A stretch of 64,000 bases of DNA, taken from assembly GCA_002633005.1 (NCBI GenBank), contig NMRA01000568.1, positions 207,842-271,841 on the forward strand. Reading direction: 5' to 3'. The DNA is from Phoronis australis. Lineage: Eukaryota; Animalia; Phoronida. The position numbers were made by a program, and so were the translations under genes. Below are positions 26,706-40,818 of this stretch, piece after piece (position 1 is the first letter of the stretch; each line of letters begins with the position of its first letter). Below the pieces are notes generated by a model that searched no databases, was not told the DNA's origin, and worked only from the letters and a program-made list of their open reading frames with translations.

Positions 26706-27422
26706 TTAGCGATGTTGCTTGATAACTCGAAGGCTATAATAAACACAAACATATTAGTTCCAAGATACGCACTTTTCAGCTTAGTGGTGGCTATGGTGCA
26801 GGGCTATCTCAGATTTTGACTCCCGAGTTTCCTACGTCTGGCCGCCTTTGTCACGGCACCTGCTGGATCTCAGCACTCTAGCGGTAGTCCCCGGAAATTG
26901 TTGTTTTCAAGGACATTTTTATTTTATTTTTTTTTAATTATTTCAATCTAATGGACATTGTTTAGTTTCGTGTCAGAGTTGCATTTTTGTTATACATAAA
27001 CCGTAGGCTGGTGTTCAACTGAACTTCTCTCCCGGTCAAAATTCAGAGATTTGATCGGCACAGGGAAGGGCTCTGGATTACTGCCGGAACTCAAAGCCTT
27101 GGTCGAGCTGTTGAATTACTTGATGAAGTGTACCTCTAGTATATACTAAGTCTGCAGAGAGGGCTCATTTTGAAGTTGTTCAAACATGATATTTAGATTT
27201 ATGAAGCTTTAAAAAAGAATTTGAGTTATTTTTGTAAATACCCTATTTTTGCAACTACCACACCAGACTTGTATTCTTTTGTAACCATACCACGACTTAG
27301 TGATCATGCTATCTTCAAAGTTAAATGAAAGCTACCTCTATGGAATGAAACTACAAAAAATGCCAAGTTCATAAGAAAATAGGCCTAATGTAAATGTCTT
27401 AATGGTGCAAACGGATAATTCC

Positions 27423-27751
27423 ATAGGCGGATTTAGGGGGGATGGGGACCCTACCCCCCCCCCTTGGCTGCCGCAAGAAAAATGAAACAGGAACAGCATG
27501 AAGCGTGAGGAAATATTGAGTTCAGTAACTAGGACCGGTAGCGGAAGAGGGGGACTCAGTCCCCATATCGCGGCGGAATCGTGTTCCTGTTTTTTTAGTC
27601 TACTGATAGATTTTCTGAACAGAAGGTCCAACGGTCTACATCCCTGGCCCCTGCAACTTTCGGGGCGCCTATGCACATGCAATCGCACTTTGCCCAATTC
27701 CACGAGGCAACATATGTTGGGCCCCCCTGTGGTATCCTAGATCCGCCACTG
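27423..27751. mobile_element. Possible hAT-like MITE
   Basis: GC-rich block bounded by ggcggatttagg ... cctagatccgccactg inverted ends. Confidence 0.45.
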
Positions 27752-28631
27752 AATTCCAGACATTAATTTGACTTAGACACAGCACCAGACCTACCGGAGC
27801 TAACCGTTTGCCTAGGACGAGATGAGTGTGTACCTGAGCTATGAACCTGGATTTTTTGACCAAAATATTTCGTTACAAGATTAGAAAAGCGTAAACAGTG
27901 CTATCGAGTCGACCTAGTCAGAGACTATAGTGCATGTGTAGTCTATAATCTATGACCTACTTTACTCCAGGAGTCCCACCAGTTGTGACCTACTTTTCAT
28001 TTGGCGAAATTTAGCAGACGACAAAACAAAAATATCGGTGAATCTTCATTGATTTTAATCAAAAGATCATGAAGTGAAGGTGGCCCCGAGGCCGAGAAGT
28101 TCATCGGATTTTCGCTGGCTTATCGAGCACTTATTTTTTCATCGCCACCTTTACAAATTCCCATATCGTGAACGTACGATTCTATGTTGAAAAGCATCCC
28201 CTCTTGTCCCTGTCGAAGCGTTTTCAAATAGTGCAAAAAACCCATCTATTCCACCAGGAACGTCGTTTAGCGACAGTGTATTTAGCTCTGACATCTCGTT
28301 CGATTGTCGGGTATCAAGTGACTTTTTGCAAAGGGGCGGAGCTTGCGATAGGTCAATTCTAGCTTGTAATAAAGAACATTTGCTGCCATTACATACACTG
28401 TACAAATGTTTAATGATAATGATGATAATAATAAATAACAATAATAATTATAATAACAATAATAACAATGTTATATATTTGTAATAATACCGTTTTAGCA
28501 AAGCACGTGACTATAATCTAGTTCGCCATGGACTAGATCTGACAGAACTGCCGGAATGTCACGTACGTTAGCGGTGCCAATCATCATGTTTAGGTTACAT
28601 CAAATATCGAAACACTGTCAAACAGCTCTCT

Positions 28632-28921
28632 TTACGAAGAAGTGGCAACAACCTCGTACTCGCCAGTGTCTCCCACACTGACATCAGTGGACAGTTTAGC
28701 ATACACTCCCTGTGGGCCTTGTGACTCACATGCATTTCTAAGTCTTTCATAAACGGGCACCTGTGGCAGATTAGCGTACGTCACGTCCTCAGCACTCTGG
28801 TAAACTGTGGAGTTTATTTCGGAGTAGACGTCATCTTGAACCTGATTGTCGTCAACGAGCTCAGATGTTCCCATTGTCCTGATTTTGTCCAGCATTTCAA
28901 AGCTTGGTCCAATGGGCATAC
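28632..28921 (-). CDS. EGF-LamG receptor exon 6 (last): Tyr-rich cytoplasmic tail
   Basis: Acceptor caacag|GT, phase 1. GMPIGPSFEML...DVYSEI..TVYQSA..VTYANL..PVYERL..GVYAKL..GEYEVVATSS*. Confidence 0.75.
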
Positions 28922-30026
28922 CTGTTGCAACATACATGTACTTGAAATTATAATACAGTGGTTTTGAGATTACTGTCACGTTCAAAGTTGAAACACGCCG
29001 AAAGAAAATGTCTCAAAATCTTTCAACGTCATGGTAATCAATTTCGTATTAAAACCAACACTTCCCTTGCTATCTTTTCAAGAGGAACCGTCGTGGAACT
29101 TCCTACGGTATACATGTAGATACTGAGGCAGGCAAAAATGAAACTCAGTGCTAACATGGGGTGTCATATTAACCATTCTCCAAAAGTCAATCTTAACCAT
29201 GCTCTTCTGAATATTATCAAATCCGCCAAATTACATCAATATGCATTAAAAACGTGATCAATATTGAAGAAATCAAGATAGAATGTTTGTCAATTCCCGT
29301 TTGGTACTGCAATAATGAGACAAGGTTAAAAACCATTTTCCAAACAAATGAGATTCTCGTTTCATTTAACGCAAATTTGAGACACTACACTGGTGTAAGT
29401 GATATTTTGCGAGCACAAAATCTTGCAGAACATCCTGAGAAGAAATTTTGAATCAATAAATTTTAGTGGCCACTATTGATTGGATGATGCTTGAAATTCA
29501 TGTATCACTCGAATTCAAAGAACACAGTTTTAACCAACCAAGAACCATATAATTCTTATCATGGAATCTAATTAGCCACTATGTGGCGAAAAGTGCTTTA
29601 AATCGGTCTGAGTTACAGCTGCGAACGGTGGAAGGGCGGATGCCGGAATGAGATGGCAGCAATTTACAGTACCCACATATTAAAGGGGATATGCTTGTAC
29701 TAAACCACTTTTTGATATCTTTCAACTTTATAACAAGAACAAGTAGCTGAGGGGCAATTTCTGTCCATAAAACTATTACAGCTTTGACGTTAAATCTTCA
29801 ATAGTAAGCTTCCTCAGAGCTTCCGCCGTAATTCTTTCCCTTTGAAACGCTGGGACAAACTTTTGTAACCCCAGCGATTCCAGCAAGACCATAACTGCAT
29901 AATCTAAAATGATTATTGGTATTCATAACATCAATAATATTCTTCAAAATAGTCTTTAAAAGCCCAAATGAGAATAGCATTATTTCAGTAATGTGATCCT
30001 TGAATATGAAGTGGAGAGTTTCTTAC

Positions 30027-30066
30027 CTAACTTCCGGCAGTCATTTGTGTTTAAGCCAGCACTGAC
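30027..30066 (-). CDS. EGF-LamG receptor exon 5
   Basis: atttcaag|VSAGLNTNDCRKL-G|gtaaga. Phase 0 to 1, exactly bridging exons 4 and 6. Confidence 0.6.
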
Positions 30067-31660
30067 CTTGAAATATAAATTATGATTGTTATATTCGTTC
30101 CAAACAATATCGTATCTAACCTCATGACAATACAAGTAAACAAGGTCCAGGCTAATAACAGGTTATTTGAAGCCTATTTCTTGTCGCAAACAGGCACACA
30201 CCTGTTTGCCAAGTTTGCCCTAATTAGCAACTGACAAATTTAATTTGTGCTGTAATGAGAGACACAGTTAATTTATTGCTTTGGCTGTCAAGCGTCAGAA
30301 ATTCACTGTTTCGTTTTCATATATATTCTCGTTATTATTTCATCTACTTTGACTTTGTCGTAGTCCACTGCGAGGAGTTCCAACCACTCTAAAAGCATAC
30401 TGCGTGAACTTCGGGGCGAATTCCGAAGAAATTGCCCTCCCCGTGTTCGCTGATGTTGTACTCCTCCCCCAATTTTACTTTAACCTCCAGTTGGTGTTAG
30501 CTTTACGACCTCTTTAGGTGTCGCCCCCACTCCATACAGTAGCTATACGCCTTACAAACAGTTTCAAACCAATATCTGTTATACGGCTTTTTATACAGTT
30601 GTGTGAGGTAATGTAACGAAGCGGGAATAAAATTCAAGGCAGAAACTATCCTCTGACACAGCGACACCTATACTGAAACGTGGGCTTCTGGAAACAATAT
30701 GAACAATATACTGTACTGTTCATACAGGATATTGACGAAGAGTGAATCGCTAGAAAAATTGGGAGTATTTTAATATAATTTAGTACCGACACTCGTCTTT
30801 TTTACTAGTTTTACTATTTTATATTCTTATCAGTTGGTAACTGCACGACATTCCAGCATCTATTTGATTTGTTTATTAAAATTGCCACCAGTTGCACACG
30901 CCTGTGTGCACAGTTCTTGTTTGGGCTTAAGCAACTGGATCGGAGCTCCCTCGATTTTGTTTACTTCGATCACTATCTTTTAATAAACTGCAACTATTCA
31001 AGTCAAAGGTGATTGCTATACTACATACTGTATAACAGTAATTTGAAAGGGGATATCCCAGATTTCAACCAATGGGAATGACTGAATGTTACGGCGTGAT
31101 TACTGTAACCAACAGAAGCTGGTCAAACAACATTTTACAGAGCCACCTTTCGTTGCACAGTGAAACAGTGTGAACTGAAATGAGTCTATTGACCATCGGC
31201 GGGCCTGGGGAGAAGCCAAGGACAAAAATCGTCCTTCTTTAATTATGAAGTACAGTGTACTCATGCTAACCTTCATGTCACCTTCCGTTCAGTCTGAACT
31301 CAGTGTGGGTCTGTCAGCACTTCATTTCAGATATCTTCATGAATAATATGTTGTTTCATCTCTGTCCGTTAAGGAATCTGCATGCATATTGTACGTATAA
31401 AACAGTCTTGTGTAATCTTTATGCTTATGTATCTAGCATCCGTTCTAAATTAAAACAGGTTCTGTGCTGACAAGAAGTCGAATAAGAACCACGGTGTATT
31501 CTGTCAGTGTGGTCAGTGTTATGAAGCCGCTAATACAGGAATAGAGACCATGCAGGTGGCAACATTTCCAGACAACAGTGATGGCCGATCCAGATAAGGT
31601 TTATCCTAGCTTTGTTTTTATAGATTGACTTCGAGCATTAGCTATGTTCAATCATCTTAC

Positions 31661-31751
31661 CGTGTTGTTTGCAGAAGTCATAACATGAACCTCGGAAGTA
31701 GCCTCTGGTTTCAGCTGTGATGACGTCCGTGCTTGCTGTTTGGCACTGGGT
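31661..31751 (-). CDS. EGF-LamG receptor exon 4
   Basis: taacag|(R)PSAKQQARTSSQLKPEATSEVHVMTSANNT|gtaaga. Phase 2 to 0, open frame. Confidence 0.65.
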
Positions 31752-32474
31752 CTGTTACTTGCAAAATAAAAGGAGGCGTATGCTGTGAACTTAATATACC
31801 ATAGAGATGACAAACTGTATTAGAAAATACAAACGAATTAACATTTAATCATGGTGTGAGAATGTTAACTAAATTTGGTCAATTAAGAGTCAAACCACAC
31901 CCCATTTTTGAGGATGTATCGTTGTAATTTTGAGTTTCTAATGTGACTTCAGTTACATGTACAATAAAAGGGTAATAGCGATTATGCTTTTACTTTCGTG
32001 TAACGTTTGACTTAGGGCGCAGAAGACGATCATTAAGTCGTCTCTTCTAAACTATAACACTTCAACATTTCGAACGTCTTTATTCTGAAAAGCATTTTCA
32101 TTACATCATCAACATACTCTTGAAATGGTGTTGTTAATGCTCTGAACCTAACACAGCCTAAAATGGACACATTTGACAGATTACTTTATAGTGTACACGT
32201 GCTACTTGTGGTGCCATCTGGCGGAGATATGTTACAGAAATCAAATCAGAAAGTGGGTTTTAATTTGAGTAAAGGCTGTTTGACCCAGTCCAATAGTAAA
32301 AGAACGGTTAAAGTATCGCATAATACATGTACAAAAAAGAACGTTCACTTGTATTTCCCATTCAGCTGTAACTTCACTGCAACATGCGATACAAGGAAGA
32401 AATGGGCTAACATTTATTTACAAAATGAGTACTATTAACAGTTTTTCTACACAGCCTGCTTTTGGTCGAAGGTA

Positions 32475-32620
32475 GAGAATTATATCATAGTTCATACTAT
32501 AACAACTAGGTGTCTCTAGCGTTTAGAGATTTATATCACACTTAATAATATAAGCACTAAGTGTCTCTAGTTTGTAGAGATTTATATCATAGTTCATACC
32601 CTAACCACTAGGTGTCTCTG
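32475..32620. repeat. ~50-bp tandem repeat, ~3 copies
   Basis: Unit resembles tagagatttatatcatagttcatactataacaactaggtgtctctag. Confidence 0.8.
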
Positions 32621-32904
32621 TACCTAGTTTCCAACCATGTTGTCCCCACCACTACATTTTGATATTAGATAGAGGTGGGAATTGTCGCCTTTTCCAGGTG
32701 TATTCACTTCAGATCTGGTTTATAGTAAATTTTCGTTATCATCAAGCTATCCAGAAAGCATACCCTTTACTTGTACTTCCATGTCTCCATCATTCTTTCA
32801 ATAAATGTTTAATGCGAAATGAGAAATGTTTATCTAGAAGGATACAACATATTCAATAACAGTTCCATGTTACTGGGGATTGGTAACGCTGAGGGGGTTT
32901 ATCT

Positions 32905-33395
32905 AATCACAGCCGATATGCACCTACCTTGCTCGTTAACGTTTTCAACCATCGGGTACTGTGGTCTTTCTGAAACTGAATGGAGTTAGTGTGTGTGACG
33001 CCTGACCGTTCAGTCGCAGTCAAAAAGAGCATTGGAATCTACTTTCCAAAAGTCTGCTATCACAGATCATACTTTTCAGACCAATCTTATGATTGGCTGG
33101 GAGAAGAAAGGTATTTTAGGTAATTATAGTAGCAGGTTTTCCAGATGGATATGGGAGTCTGTTTACACCAAGAAAAGGGACAAGCAGTGTATGAAAAGAG
33201 ACTGTGGTCAGTTTAAGCTGGACCCATCATACACTGGACTACTCGGGAAAACGACCACGGAGGGCGCTCATCATCACCCTCGTGATGTTCCGTAACATCA
33301 CACCATAGTTCCATTCAGTTTGAGAAAAGTTACAGTACTCGATGGTCAGTAACGTTAACTAGCAAAGTACGTATACATGTATCTACTGTGAATAA
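32905..33395 (+). mobile_element. 5'-truncated Penelope-like retroelement with inverted terminal repeat (intronic)
   Basis: ORF 33032-33295 (KSAITDH..N..IGWE...R.I.ES...MKRD.G.FKLDPSY..LL) resembles the C-terminus of the PLE GIY-YIG endonuclease. ~32925-32990 is an inverted copy of ~33300-33366. Confidence 0.7.
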
Positions 33396-33471
33396 ATGAA
33401 CTCTCGTTAGGAATCAACATAACTATTGTTAAATCAACAACATAGATCGTGCAACATAAAGCTTCAAATAC

Positions 33472-33622
33472 CTGTGTGCACCTGAGCCAGACAGCGATAA
33501 CACGCCCCTTCTTTTCAGTGTAACCATAACTACGACAACCGTCAGCACTATCAATACCACAGACACTGAGACGGCAATACCGGCTGTTTCACCTTGTGTT
33601 AAGCCTTTGAGAGTACTGACAT
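33472..33622 (-). CDS. EGF-LamG receptor exon 3: transmembrane helix
   Basis: tttctag|DVSTLKGLTQGETAGIAVSVSVVLIVLTVVVVMVTLKRRGVLSLSGSGAHR|gtattt. A hydrophobic span followed by KRR; phase 1 to 2. Confidence 0.8.
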
Positions 33623-35931
33623 CTAGAAATACAGTTTACATGTATCACTGAAGGAAGATTGACATGCGTGAGAAAACGTCAGGGGGCTTTTTCGGAAACA
33701 ACCATTTTCCTGAAGTGATTTTGCTTTCACAAAAAGCTCCCTGATTGTTTAGGGAAAAGTGAAGGGACTTACCCGGAAATTTATATTGCTTACCACAACG
33801 CACTGGTTTGGTTGTGAGTTTTAAAAGTGTTATAAGGAGTAAGTGACGTACGTATGTACACCGATGGTGGCAACGGAGGAGCTTATCTATTTCCACATAA
33901 TGTTTAACTTTCATTAACTTGATACACCAGACACACAAAAAGACAGGCTTCTCATTAGAAATAGTTTGGCTACATTAGATTAGTCCGCCGACGTTATTGG
34001 CAAGTCCCCAAAATACTTGAAGTATTTTAACGGTTCTTTTAAGAACAAATTTGAAAAACAATGACACATTTTCCATACATTTGCATGCTCCATAAATGCA
34101 AAACTGTCACGAAAAACCCGTGCCCATTAGGTCTTTTTCGGTCGCTGCCTCCGATAGTGCCCCAATCGGAGCTTGATGTTATTGGATACTCCTTCGGAAA
34201 TCCCCGGTACACTGCTAAATTTCTAGTGATATTAACTTGTGACTGAGCCTAATAACCCAAACGATGCGCACGCAGTCATCAATGAGTAGGCAGAAGAATT
34301 CTCACTTGTACATGTATTTCCTGTAACTCAATTTAGCAAATTATAAATTCATGAGTTGGACATTCCAAATTCTCATCACCGTTGTTGTTCAAGTTTGTTC
34401 CACGTGCTGAACCAGTACTACTTCACAAGTCTTAGCGTTGTATAGAACCTCATGAACACGTCAATGTATTTTGCCAGATATCTACAAAACTATGCATTTT
34501 AACTCACTAAAGGTATATTTATATATAGTAGAGAGCCTGTGAAATTTGATTAGTGACTTTTCACCGATCTTCCATTAGTAGGGTAGCTTGGCGGCCACAT
34601 GTACAATATTGCAATAAAGAAATGTGCGTTCACAGCAAACAACGGTACAGGTGTGTAAAATTGTTTTTGACAGATTCATATGAAATCCTATCGGCCATTT
34701 CCGAGACATGATGTTACAGTATGATATCAAACCAAAAACATCTGCATTTGTTTTAAACCCATCGAAATTTAACAATGCTTCGTGCAAAACTTTTAGGATG
34801 AATTGTGCATACTTTTAAGTTAAAATCCAAACTTCAATTGTGTTTGCATATAAAGCACCAGAAAAATTGACGTGGCATAACTATCAAAACTCAATAAGCT
34901 TCATACATGTATTTTCTAGCTCAAGTTACATGTAGAACGTGCATGAATGTTTTTGCTAAACAGAGCGTGTGTTCATATGATAGAAAGTGTCTTTGGTGCC
35001 ACTTTTCTTCCTCATCTGATGAAGAGTCGAATGCTAAAAAGTTAACGACGCTTAGTTCAATAATTTTGGCGAAGAATTCCATGCGCGCTTTATGTTGAAC
35101 TAGTAGATCTGAAATTTAGTGAGTTATTATAGTTACAAATGCACGTGTATCCATAACTATATCTACATGTATGCATGTGTATGTATGTGTATATGTAGAT
35201 GCATATTTACTGGACTTTAAAGTATTTACATGTACATGTATACCAGTTTCCTCATTGTCTAATCTTATCAGTCTCGACATACATGAATGCCTTTTTCGTG
35301 GCACTATTTTTAATTTTGGCAATGGAATTTAATTTTACAGTATTTAAAATGACGTCATGCTAAATATATGTAGCTAGTTGTACAGGTCTGCCGGCTTTAC
35401 ATTGTAAACAGAAGCCCAGGCTAAGTTCTGTAGTTCCAAGATATCTTCATGAAATATTTGCATACGTGCGGGAAGCATCCAATTCTATCTAAGTTCAGTG
35501 CCATGAATTAACGTTTTCAACCAATCACTCCAGCGGTCGCTTTTTCGCCATGTTTCGCCAGTAAGGTCTAGAGCACACTCGCGAAACCTTTGCAGTTCAT
35601 TCGTGTGAAGTTGCGTGATCTCGGTTTACGAAACACTACCCTGCCTTTTTGTCTTGAAAAATGCTTTCAAAAGCATCCAAAAAGCCAATAAAACGCACAG
35701 TCAAGTACGTATACTTAAGTCTTACACAACATCAGTTGACAATGACCTCCAATTGTCCTTTGAACACACTGGACACAAGAACGCTGGTGACATCACCCAA
35801 TAAAGAGAGGTGTCTCAACATTTGAATGCCATTTCTAAATACACTGTAACTACAGCACACATACATGTAGACACATACGCGGAAAATTTTTGACACAAAA
35901 TTACTATGAGATAAATTGATCTTGAGCTTAC

Positions 35932-35982
35932 CATCTTCATCTGGAGTTATTTCCACATATGAGGGTCGAACCCTTGGTTTCC
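35932..35982 (-). CDS. EGF-LamG receptor exon 2
   Basis: gtttacag|GKPRVRPSYVEITPDED|gtaagc. 51 nt, symmetric phase 1-1. Confidence 0.55.
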
Positions 35983-36705
35983 CTGTAAACAATGCAATAC
36001 AGAAGACAATAAGTTGCAATTAAGACAAACACTTGCACTTTACCAATGGAACACCGCGGCATTACAATCTGTGAGGACCATTTTGGAAAGCAATGTGTTC
36101 AATGAAGAGGTAAATCCCTTTTGAAATGTTACAAAAAGAGGCTGTTGTTTTAACCAAAGGTTTATGTACGATATAAATGTGCCGACCGAAAAACATCTTT
36201 GGTATGAACACGGAGACTATTGTAAAGGAAAGTTTTAACGACGAAGCCTTATGAAATGGGACAAACATTGTAAATATATTTTTTAAAAACTACAAACACG
36301 CCATGAGAGCTTCATAGATTTAAATTTGTCCCACAGCAATGAAAACGAGAGGGCTAAAGTATTTTACAAAACAACCTACCGATCTCATAGAAGAGAGGGT
36401 AAGTGATGAGTAGGTGGGGGCAAAGCCCCTGACAGTTTGGCAAAATCGGACGATCTCGCCTTCTGTCCTCGTATTTGGTATGAACGTGGCAAGGCCACCA
36501 TGAAATCGACTGGATGGCAACAACTAGTATTCATGACTGACTTGGATGTTTCTTTGGTTGATGCGACAACGGCTGAATGGCAACAGCGTTAGTGGCTAAC
36601 TGTAGAATGTTTGACTGCAACTGGGAAACAATTGACTTAGCTCTTAATATATCAATATCAAGTTTCAGTTGCTAAAGGATAGGCAAATGTGTGCTTCACA
36701 CTCAC

Positions 36706-37864
36706 CATACTGGCATGTCTTCCCATAATACGGATGTTGACAGGTACAATAGTAATCAATCCAGGCATCATGGCACAAGCCCTGCCCATTGCAGGGGTCG
36801 GGAGTGCACTGCATGACCCTAGGACAACCCTCAGTCACGTTCACCGTGTGCTTGTAAGTGGATGGTAATTGCATTACATGTTCTAACTTCCAAAAGAGAA
36901 AAAACAGGTAGACCGTAATGGTGATATCTCTCAGACAGCCAGTGAAATTGTTCTGCGATTGTGAACAATTTCTGCACCCGTCACTCACTGTTCCGATCAC
37001 AGTGTCAGTGCTGGTTTCCCGGAATGACAGTCTCCAAACAGATTCCAAATACATATACTGCCTGATAGTGTCATTGCCATCGCCGTATAAATCCGCTCGC
37101 AAAACGCTGGAATTGGATAGCCGAATGAACGATAAACCCACTGTATGCCACTCTCCGTCATTCACCTTGCGGTCAAACGTCAAATTCTTGCTATTGCAGG
37201 CAACTATGAGTTTCGACTGGAAAATCTCCATCAGGCAGAAGTCATCATCGGCGTCCCGAGGAGGCTTATGGAAGAACAAAACTCCATTGTCCAACGTCGT
37301 CTTGAAACTCAGTTCAACCGAACTGACACGCCAGATCCTGGAAACATTCAGCATAATACGAGAGTAACTGTTCATGGACACCGTAGTGGCGTTACTGCAG
37401 GTATCTCCCGTATACCCTGGTAGACACTTGCAAGAGCTTGCCTGAGTCACACCATCGCTCTTGAGAAACGGCTGGCAGGTGGCGTTGTTCTCACACCGAT
37501 TTCCAATGCCATAGCAGCCTGTCAGCTCAACGCTGCAGTTTCTCCCAGCAAACATTTTACCTTGCGAGTCGACGCTAGTTAGACATGCACATTTATAGCC
37601 CCCCGTTTGATCAGTGCACGTTGCACCATTCTGACACGGAAAACTCTCCTCGCACTCATTAATGTTCTCACTACAGTTCCTCCCCCTCCAGCCTGCGGCA
37701 CACGTACACACGTAGTCGTTCACCAGATCCCTGCAAGTGGCGCCATGTAAGCAAGGTTTACCTAGGCACTCATCTATGTCAATTTGGCAGTTGACCCCTG
37801 ACAAACATAGAACAGAAATAATTAACACGACCACAATAAACACTGATGATCTCTCAGCATCCAT
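36706..37864 (-). CDS. EGF-LamG receptor exon 1: signal peptide, 3 EGF (two Ca-binding type), laminin-G, EGF; Crumbs-like ectodomain
   Basis: Signal MDAERSSVFIVVVLIISVLCLSGVNC, EGF starts DIDEC and NINEC, LamG motifs LSFKTT..NGVLF, VNDGEWHTV and FTGCLRDI, terminal EGF CHDAWIDYYCTC. Donor TATG|gtgagt, phase 1. Confidence 0.92.
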
Positions 37865-40818
37865 TTCATCTTACTAACATACAAATACTATAATTAATAT
37901 CCTCGTAGAGTTCAGTGGCTGTCTCAGGGCTAGAAAATCTAGCCACGATCCCGTGCTTTCAGTTAAAACACACTGCAAATTCTTGCATAAGCTCGCTTAG
38001 TCTTGCTCTTTAGCGAGGGCCTAGCGAGGTCCTCGCGTTGCTGAACTCTACCCGGATATAAAAGCAACGTGTCAGCCAAATTCAAATATTCGTGATTGTT
38101 AAGTGGCTTCACTCCTAGAAACTGTTAATTCCTGATATCATTAATTCAATGTATCAGCCAAGCGTCTTTTCAACGAGACAGTTATTTTCATCCCAGGACG
38201 TGAAGTACTCCTGATATTCTTATGAGGCGTTGAATGGTTCAGTGAGATGATATCTTGAAATCTTAATAAGTTTTTGAATTAAAAAATAGTAGCGAGGAAT
38301 ATACATTTTTTCTACCTCGTCTCCTCATTACCACAAACTGTAAGTAACAGGTTAATTAGTTTTTGGTATTTCCGCCGCTCAAACAAGCTAGTGCCATGAA
38401 ATATCAAGGATTAATTTACATGTACTGTATAGTGAATTTATAACTCCACATAAGAAAGTAGATTGCTTTCATATTGTTGCTCTTTCAAAAATTAAAAATG
38501 AATTCCTGGAAGATTTCATGCCTCTCAAAGAAAATGGATTATAGTGCACTGTACATGATTTCCTAATTCATTTGGTTATGGGCAACTTAATACAATAGAT
38601 ATACCAGGAAAAACAAAAGGGTCAGCTTTTGGAACACCCGATATGTATATATACATGTACATATACTGTACATACACGCACGCAAGCACACACATACACA
38701 CACACACACATGCATGAACACACACGCGCGCAAGCGCGCTCACAAATATACATGGATATGAAACATTTCCGTTTGCATGTAGACCAAAAATTCGCATTTT
38801 GTGTTATAAAATTGTTTTGAAAGTATTAGTAAAGAATTAAAGATTTGGTTGAACAGGAATTATTAACACAAATTGCGTCCCACCTTTCACCACCAAGATA
38901 ATAAGAATTGAGACAGGTGACAACGATGAATCAGTCATTGTGTTCTTCAAAGTCTAGACCCGGTGACCATGACGGCTGTAGTATTTTCCGACTAACGTAA
39001 ACAAAAATGAATTAAACACGCGTTGAAATGACCATTGTTTTTGATCTGACTGCAGCATAAGGAAACAACCTTTTCGCTAGGATATAAAGCGTTTGGTAGA
39101 CAACGTTAAGCGCTACCTACAGTACGCCTTAATTGTTGAGCATTACTTTTACTCAATTAATTGGACAATCGTGCATTAAGTTCTACCTGGGCTATGTTCC
39201 AAACAGCTAATTTTTGCACGAGACTTAGAAATTCTTCGCGATAAATCTGCATGCCGCATACGAAGCACGTGACCAAACTTATTTGCGAAGGACTTGGGTG
39301 TACTGGCGCAGCCCTGATTGGATGAATGCATTCAGGTAGTGACGTACATGTAGGACCACAAACAATAATCAGCGGTCCATGATGACGAACTGCTTTCTAT
39401 TTTCAGCTTATACGTGCTGGAGTGAAAAATGCAGATCAGCGAAATGCATTAGCAGTCAAATACATATGAGGGGCGATCGGCTGGAAATTACTGCGCCTGT
39501 CTTCGACAAATTTAGTTTAAATGCCGTCCCACACAGTCAAGTCTTAGATACACCTACTGTACATGTATGATCACTTGTGAAGTTTAATGTACTTACTGTA
39601 TTAGGAATCACATCTAAGCAACTTCATTTGAGTAATTCATGAAGCAAGAGCATATACTTTAAAGTTTCCAATTTTGATAGGGATGATCAAACTAGTAAAT
39701 TATCAGTGGAACTAGACCAGAAATGTATATTATGTTTGGACTGGGACTAAGGACTCGTCTAATCAAGAGAAAGTACTGTATCCATAATTTAAAGATGAAA
39801 ATAAATTGTATCAAAATAAACTGAAAACTAAATTGATGTACATTCAATTGGCGTAGGCGCATTGTGCGAATTTATATCTTACGCAAGTATTTCCTATGCA
39901 TTCATTGCACGATCCAAATAGCTGGGATTATTTTTAATTAGAACCCGCGTATTATATCGTTCATTGCTTTACTTTCATTGTGCATGTATGGTCACATGCG
40001 TCTATTTCATAATGTACAAGCACAGCTTCCGAATAAAGGCCCACTAGCCTGAAGACACGTATGCATACATGTATATAGTCTTTACGTGAAAAAGAAATAT
40101 TGAAACATTGATAATTGGATGTAATGCCAATGAGTGTTTGAAATATTTCAGAATCTTGGCCATTATGAGGATGTGAGCAGACCTACGTGTATACATGTAC
40201 ATCTGTCGCTCGCTAAAGCTCAATCAACATTTGCGCACTAGCCCCAAAGACAATTGATGGTTAAAGCATGTCGTTAGCCTGAGATCGAAACATCAAAATG
40301 TCAATTTATTAATTGAATTAAGGAATTAGCGTGAGGATTTATGCCTTTTCACAACTTGCAGTATCGAAATATCGTTTACTTTTAGTAGTGAACCTTCGGC
40401 GTAGTGAAACGTCAGAATACATGTAGTTAACTGTTACCATTTCCAGCGCTGTAAGTAAAACGCAAAAATACAACCAGATAATAAATTTCGTCAAGTCATT
40501 CTCAGACCAAAAAATTCCCCCGGAGTATGTGATGAGGTGTAATCAAGCATTTTAGCACGCCTGATTTGAAAGTTTGGCGGAAGGTAACGCGAGAACTTTC
40601 ACTTTCTGGACCGTCACGGGATCTTCATTTCCATCCCATCTCAGGAACAAACTATAGAGCTGTGAGTCATCGTTGTGTTTACAGATTTTCTTTCCCACCT
40701 AATTAAGCTGCGTCAAGGGCCTTACTGACAACTCTTCAGTGTCGACCTTTGCAAAATATCAAAGGTCCACCGTTCTAGAAATGTGAACCACCCCCGCGCA
40801 ATGCTGGCTACAGACCTG

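Noticed and set aside
28040-28441. Weak hairpin and ORFs, possible mobile-element remnant
   Set aside because: Too degenerate to assign, and the ORF start is an (AAT)n repeat.
36918-37423. Plus-strand ORFs
   Set aside because: Antisense shadows of the EGF-LamG exon.
36706-37864. Calling the receptor crb/Crumbs itself
   Set aside because: Only one LamG and four EGFs, and no ERLI-ending tail.
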